In this document: piece by piece, positions 62,620 to 64,000 of the stretch
How positions within the stretch are numbered: the first letter of the stretch is position 1
Layout: each line of letters starts with the position of its first letter
NCBI GenBank assembly: GCA_976551045.1
Contig: CDPCPM010000056.1
Coordinates: 21,328,001-21,392,000 of the forward strand
Source: Glaucostegus cemiculus
Lineage: Eukaryota
DNA length: 64,000 bases
Reading direction: 5' to 3'
The notes under the pieces: model-generated
What the model saw: only the letters and a program-made list of their open reading frames with translations
Database searches by the model: none
What the model was told of the DNA's origin: nothing
Position numbers and translations under genes: made by a program

Positions 62620-63705
62620 CTCATAGAAACATAGAAAAGTACAGTGTATTATGTCCGTGCCAACCATGATGTCAAACTAAATTAAACTCATCCATCTGTA
62701 CATGGTCCATATCCCAATATTCCCTGCCTGTTTATGTGTATGTCTAAATGCCTCTTGAATATTGCTATTGTATCTGCTTCTAGCACTTCACTGACAGTGC
62801 ATTCCAAGCACCTACCATCTCTGCGTAAGAACCATGCCTTGCACATCTCCTTTAAACTTCTCCCCCCTCACTGTTAACCTATGCCCTCTAATATTTGACA
62901 TTTCCACCCTCGGAAAAAGACTCTGACTATCTCTCCTATCTATGCCTCTCATCAGTTTATATACTTTGATCAGGTCGCCCTTCAGCTGCTGGCACTCCAT
63001 GGAAAACAATTCAAGTTTGTCCAATTTCTCCTTGTAGCTAATACACTTCAGTCCAGGAAACATAATGGTGAACCTCTTTTGAGCCATCTCCCAAGTCCTG
63101 ACATTCTTCCTGTAATGCGCCAATCACAATTCCACACTTCAAATGCACCTAACTAAAGTTTTATGCAGCTACAACGTGACTGATTTGTTTGCTCAGTGCC
63201 CCGATTGATAAAGGCAAGCATGCCCTACACCTTCTGTATCACCCCATCTATTTGTGTTGCCACTTTCAGGGAGCAATGGACTTGAACCTCAAGATCATTC
63301 TGTACCTCAATGCTCCTAAGGGTCCTGCCATTTGCTGTATACTGTCCTCTTGCATTTGACCTCCCAAAATGCAACAGCTTACACCTGTCCAAATAAAATT
63401 TTATTTTCCATTTCTCTGCCCAAACTTCCAACTGATCTATACCCCGATGTATCCTTTGACAATCTTTGTCGCTATTCACAACTCCACCAATATTTGTGTC
63501 ATCTGCAAATTTACTAATCAGACCACCTACATTTTCATTCAAATCATTAATATATCTTACTAACAACATAGCTCCCAGCATCAGTTCCCAACACCACTGG
63601 TCAAAGACCTCCAGTCAGAAAAACACCGCTCAACCACTACCCTCTGTCTTCTATGACCAAGCCAATGTTGAACTGAATTTACCAATTCACCTGCATCCCA
63701 TGTGA
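62620..63705 (-). mobile_element. CR1 LINE RT and 3' end
   Basis: ORF 63225..63581 (YINDLNENVGGLISKFADDT…) and ORF 62812..63123 (QKRFTIMFPGL…RGHRLTVRGEKFKGD), with a catagaaa tail at about 62623. Confidence 0.92.
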
Positions 63706-64000
63706 CCTTCTCATTATTTAAATTCTGCTCCTCTTCGAATAGTTTTAATAATCCTGCTGTTCCTTTCTAGTCTCACACTTCCTCCAATTTTCTAGGGAAT
63801 TAGCATAAATCTTCTACACATATTCAAATTAGCATTTCTGCAAAAATACAGGTAATATTTTGATTATATCCCCTTCAGTATAAACTTCATTTGTTCCAGA
63901 GATATCTCCTATGTCCCAGGAATAACAACCTTTCTACTAGGAACAACTTATTAGCCTTCCTGACTTTTCACTTTTTAAACTCCCCAAAATGTGGCACAAG

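Noticed and set aside
1-64000. The many 60-150 aa ORFs in the six-frame track as independent genes
   Set aside because: Apart from those overlapping RNF220 exons or LINE/transposase remnants, they lack recognisable domains or splice logic and are expected by chance. Many start at non-ATG codons.
1-64000. CRISPR arrays, operons or other prokaryotic/viral systems
   Set aside because: No regularly spaced repeats, dense ORFs or viral motifs; the sequence is vertebrate intronic DNA.

Overview
AT-rich, CpG-depleted vertebrate genomic DNA. The repeat content (V-SINEs, Deu-domain SINEs, CR1, Penelope termini, RTE, Rex/Babar) points to a cartilaginous fish, probably a ray; this is an inference. The window appears to lie inside one minus-strand gene of the RNF220 E3 ubiquitin ligase family. 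Four consecutive, phase-compatible coding exons are present: 55184-55229, 37133-37228, 28653-28695 and 1565-1689. They splice to (S)KHSMLKDNTLQGTVK|SVLLSAPIKREGESPTASPLSADDTHHSDRYQ|TFLRVRSNRQARLN(A)|RIGKNKRKKASEDGQVCPLCNETLSGSVEEMSRHVEACLDK. The gene start and the C-terminal RING exons lie outside the window. The most notable signals are: (i) an intronic CpG cluster with E-box, NRF1-like and CTCF-like motifs, followed by an in-frame candidate alternative first exon; (ii) a second 8-codon candidate first exon; (iii) an internal 5' splice site that would toggle a 26-aa UBZ-like CCHC zinc finger; (iv) a near-perfect 42-bp hairpin that is fully paired only on the gene's strand; (v) a fossil two-gene PIF/Harbinger transposon with its Myb-gene intron still visible; (vi) nested transposon insertions and several candidate conserved non-coding elements. 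Repeat boundaries are approximate and were read by eye. Family assignments come from recalled consensus motifs, not database searches.
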